A DNA stretch of 7,118 nucleotides from a virus (Duplodnaviria > Heunggongvirae > Uroviricota > Caudoviricetes). Below the pieces are notes generated by a model. It saw only the letters and a list, made by a program, of their open reading frames with translations. It did not search any database and was not told where the DNA came from. Numbering within the stretch: position 1 is the first letter of the stretch; each line of letters begins with the position of its first letter. This document shows, piece after piece, positions 5,746 through 7,118 of the stretch. The stretch lies in IMG/VR virus record IMGVR_UViG_2740892229_000001, positions 1-7,118 of that record, one strand, 5' to 3'. Both the position numbers and the translations under genes were made by a program.

Positions 5746-6546
5746 ATGACCATCCACTTTCACGGCAGCCCAATATGGGGGGATGAGCATGCCCCTACAG
5801 ATATGCTGATTAAAGCCCTTTACCGTGATGGTGGGGCTTTTGTTTCATTTGCCAGACCAGAGCAGATGAAAAAGATTGCCATGTTCCCTTGTGATATACG
5901 CCTTGATAACGGCGCTTTTAGCGACTGGATGAAAGCATTAAAGAAAGGCACTCCGGTAGAGTGGAGTAAGAGGCGAGCAAAATTCTACGACTTTGTTGGG
6001 AAGTGGTTCAGCAGAATTGAATGGTTTCTTATACCTGACGTTATCGAAGGGACAGAGGCAGAAAACGACGAGCAGATTGAGTTGGTTCCTGATTGGCTAA
6101 AATCAAAAGCGGTTCCGGTCTGGCATACCGACGAATCAATTGAACGTCTTTTACGCCTTTCTGGCAAATTTGAATGGGTGGCGATTGGATGCTGCGGCCC
6201 ACACAGGCACATACGCTCTAAATGGTGGGAACAGAGAATGGATGAAGTTTTCACTGAGCTTTATATCAATCGTAATTTGAAAGTGAAAATTCATGGTCTT
6301 CGAATGCTCGACGTGAGAGTTCTTGGTATGTATCCGTTCGCCAGTGCGGATTCTACTAATGTTGCTGTTAACGTACCGAAGACAGAGAAGCGATTTCCTG
6401 AGATTACTGACAAACTGGCACGTACAGCTGTACTTCGCGCTGCTATTGAAAAGGTGCACCCGCCATCGATATCAGCATGGGTAGACAGAAAGATGAGAGA
6501 GCCGGCGCAAGCCGGTTTTTTATTTGAATTCACCGACGCCGCTTAA
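5746..6546 (+). CDS. TGT-fold (tRNA-guanine transglycosylase-like) protein, candidate DpdA-like DNA 7-deazaguanine transglycosylase
   Basis: 266-aa ORF, clearly coding. Motifs occur in the same order as the queuine-TGT barrel as I remember it: HFHGSPIWG (cf. TPCFMPVGT), FPCDIRLDNGAFS with Asp at 5905-5907 (cf. ILTDSGGFQ), FLIPDVIEG with Asp at 6037-6039 (cf. MIFDEC), WVAIGCCG from 6187 (cf. GYAVGGL), and a later ASADSTNV. The C-terminal CxCxxC...H zinc module of canonical TGT is absent. Functional call is inference only. Confidence 0.45.
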   Translation: MTIHFHGSPIWGDEHAPTDMLIKALYRDGGAFVSFARPEQMKKIAMFPCDIRLDNGAFSDWMKALKKGTPVEWSKRRAKFYDFVGKWFSRIEWFLIPDVIEGTEAENDEQIELVPDWLKSKAVPVWHTDESIERLLRLSGKFEWVAIGCCGPHRHIRSKWWEQRMDEVFTELYINRNLKVKIHGLRMLDVRVLGMYPFASADSTNVAVNVPKTEKRFPEITDKLARTAVLRAAIEKVHPPSISAWVDRKMREPAQAGFLFEFTDAA

Positions 6547-6549
6547 TGC

Positions 6550-6562
6550 GGATTTCTTTTAT
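6550..6562. repeat. Right copy of the 13-bp direct repeat GGATTTCTTTTAT
   Basis: Exact 13-mer at 6550-6562, 4 nt after the stop of the 5746..6546 gene and immediately before the terminator hairpin. Confidence 0.5.
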
Positions 6563-6565
6563 CTG

Positions 6566-6590
6566 AACTCGCTACGGCGAGTTTTGTTTT
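6566..6590 (+). terminator. Rho-independent terminator after the TGT-like gene
   Basis: Stem AACTCGC (6566-6572) / GCGAGTT (6577-6583), loop TACG, followed by TTGTTTT (6584-6590). Confidence 0.6.
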
Positions 6591-6603
6591 ATGGAGATGA
6601 TAA

Positions 6604-6771
6604 ATGCACTTCCGAGTCACAGGTGAATGGAATGGAGAGCCATTCAACAGAGTTATCGAAGCAGAGAACATCAACGACTGCTATGACCACTGGATGATAT
6701 GGGCGCAGATAGCACATGCAGAAGTAACCAATATTCGAATTGAAGAACTGAAAGAACACCAAGCCGCCTGA
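6604..6771 (+). CDS. Small hypothetical protein (55 aa) between the moron and xis
   Basis: RBS GGAGA (6593-6597) 6 nt before ATG 6604; translation MHFRVTGEWNGEPFNRVIEAENINDCYDHWMIWAQIAHAEVTNIRIEELKEHQAA; stop TGA 6769-6771. Hand-translated; not in the ORF track. Confidence 0.5.
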   Translation: MHFRVTGEWNGEPFNRVIEAENINDCYDHWMIWAQIAHAEVTNIRIEELKEHQAA

Positions 6772-6784
6772 TGGCGGTTTTTTC
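6763..6784 (+). terminator. Rho-independent terminator overlapping the stop of the 55-aa gene
   Basis: Stem GCCGCC (6763-6768) / GGCGG (6773-6777), loop TGAT containing the stop codon, followed by TTTTTT (6778-6783). Confidence 0.55.
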
Positions 6785-6828
6785 TTGCCTGATTTACAGG
6801 TTCGATTCCCTATTCGGAGATAGCACTC

Positions 6829-7029
6829 ATGCAACACGAACTACAGCCTGATTCACTGGTTGATTTGAAATTCATCATGGCCGATACTGGCTTCGGTAAG
6901 ACCTTCATCTATGACCGGATTAAGTCCGGCGACCTGCCTAAAGCCAAAGTTATCCACGGGCGAGCAAGATGGTTATATCGTGATCATTGTGAATTCAAAA
7001 ATAAGCTCTTAAGCCGCGCCAATGGGTAA
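6829..7029 (+). CDS. xis: AlpA-family excisionase / DNA-binding protein (Xis-like)
   Basis: 66 aa; RBS GGAGA (6816-6820). LVDLKFIMADTGFGKTFIYDRIKSGDLPKAKVIHGRARWLYRDHCEF fits the AlpA/Vis-type winged-helix pattern (helix with TG, IY..IK.G.LPK, GR..W...D). Position at the 3' end of a lambdoid early-left operon, with a further ORF opening at 7022 that overlaps its stop. Confidence 0.7.
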   Translation: MQHELQPDSLVDLKFIMADTGFGKTFIYDRIKSGDLPKAKVIHGRARWLYRDHCEFKNKLLSRANG

Positions 7030-7118
7030 AATAGCGGGTAAAATATTTCTCACATCTAAAAAACACCATTCCAATCAATCCCCTGCCGCGTCAAGTAGAT
7101 GTCTGCAGGGGACACCAT

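Noticed and set aside
5985-6533. Three minus-strand ORFs (5985..6254, 6151..6459, 6291..6533) inside the TGT-like gene
   Set aside because: Mutually overlapping antisense ORFs within a confidently coding + strand gene; no start signals.
6796-6812. tRNA T-loop-like string GGTTCGATTCC (6799-6809) between the 55-aa gene and xis, suggesting a tRNA or att remnant
   Set aside because: Flanking bases cannot form a 5-bp T-stem (only two G-C pairs), no acceptor or anticodon arms can be drawn upstream (that sequence is the terminator and coding region), and the expected att position is downstream of int, not here; likely coincidental.
6589-6837. 82-aa minus-strand ORF spanning the 55-aa gene and terminator
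   Set aside because: It would run antisense through an intrinsic terminator and a + strand gene with a good RBS; composition is unremarkable and every other gene is on the + strand.
1-7118. CRISPR array, rRNA or tRNA genes, transposase or IS elements
   Set aside because: No regularly spaced direct repeats, no cloverleaf-capable segments, and no transposase-like ORF or terminal inverted repeats were seen on either strand.

Overview
This 7.1-kb window reads as the early-left (recombination-to-integration) arm of a lambdoid enterobacterial prophage. Every credible gene is on the + strand and most are tightly packed with overlapping or near-abutting stop/start codons. The order is: intrinsic terminator, a long E/A/K/R-rich coiled-coil protein, several small ORFs, a Rad52-superfamily single-strand annealing protein, a phage SSB very similar to enterobacterial SSB (ends in the DIPF tail), then accessory genes (HNH-like zinc-finger protein, two small unknowns, an Ea22-like coiled-coil protein, a Cys-cluster mini-protein, a DUF551 protein, a 28-aa hydrophobic peptide), and finally an AlpA-type excisionase at the right edge, with the integrase presumably just beyond the window. 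The most interesting element is a self-contained unit at 5746-6546: a 266-aa protein whose motif order resembles the tRNA-guanine transglycosylase TIM-barrel (DpdA-like) without the zinc subdomain. It is set off by the only sizeable intergenic gaps in the operon, a 13-bp direct repeat on each side and its own intrinsic terminator, so it looks like a moron that could be a solitary DNA 7-deazaguanine transglycosylase. No rRNA, tRNA or CRISPR array was seen. All functional calls come from reading the translations and remembered family motifs; no database search or computation was run.
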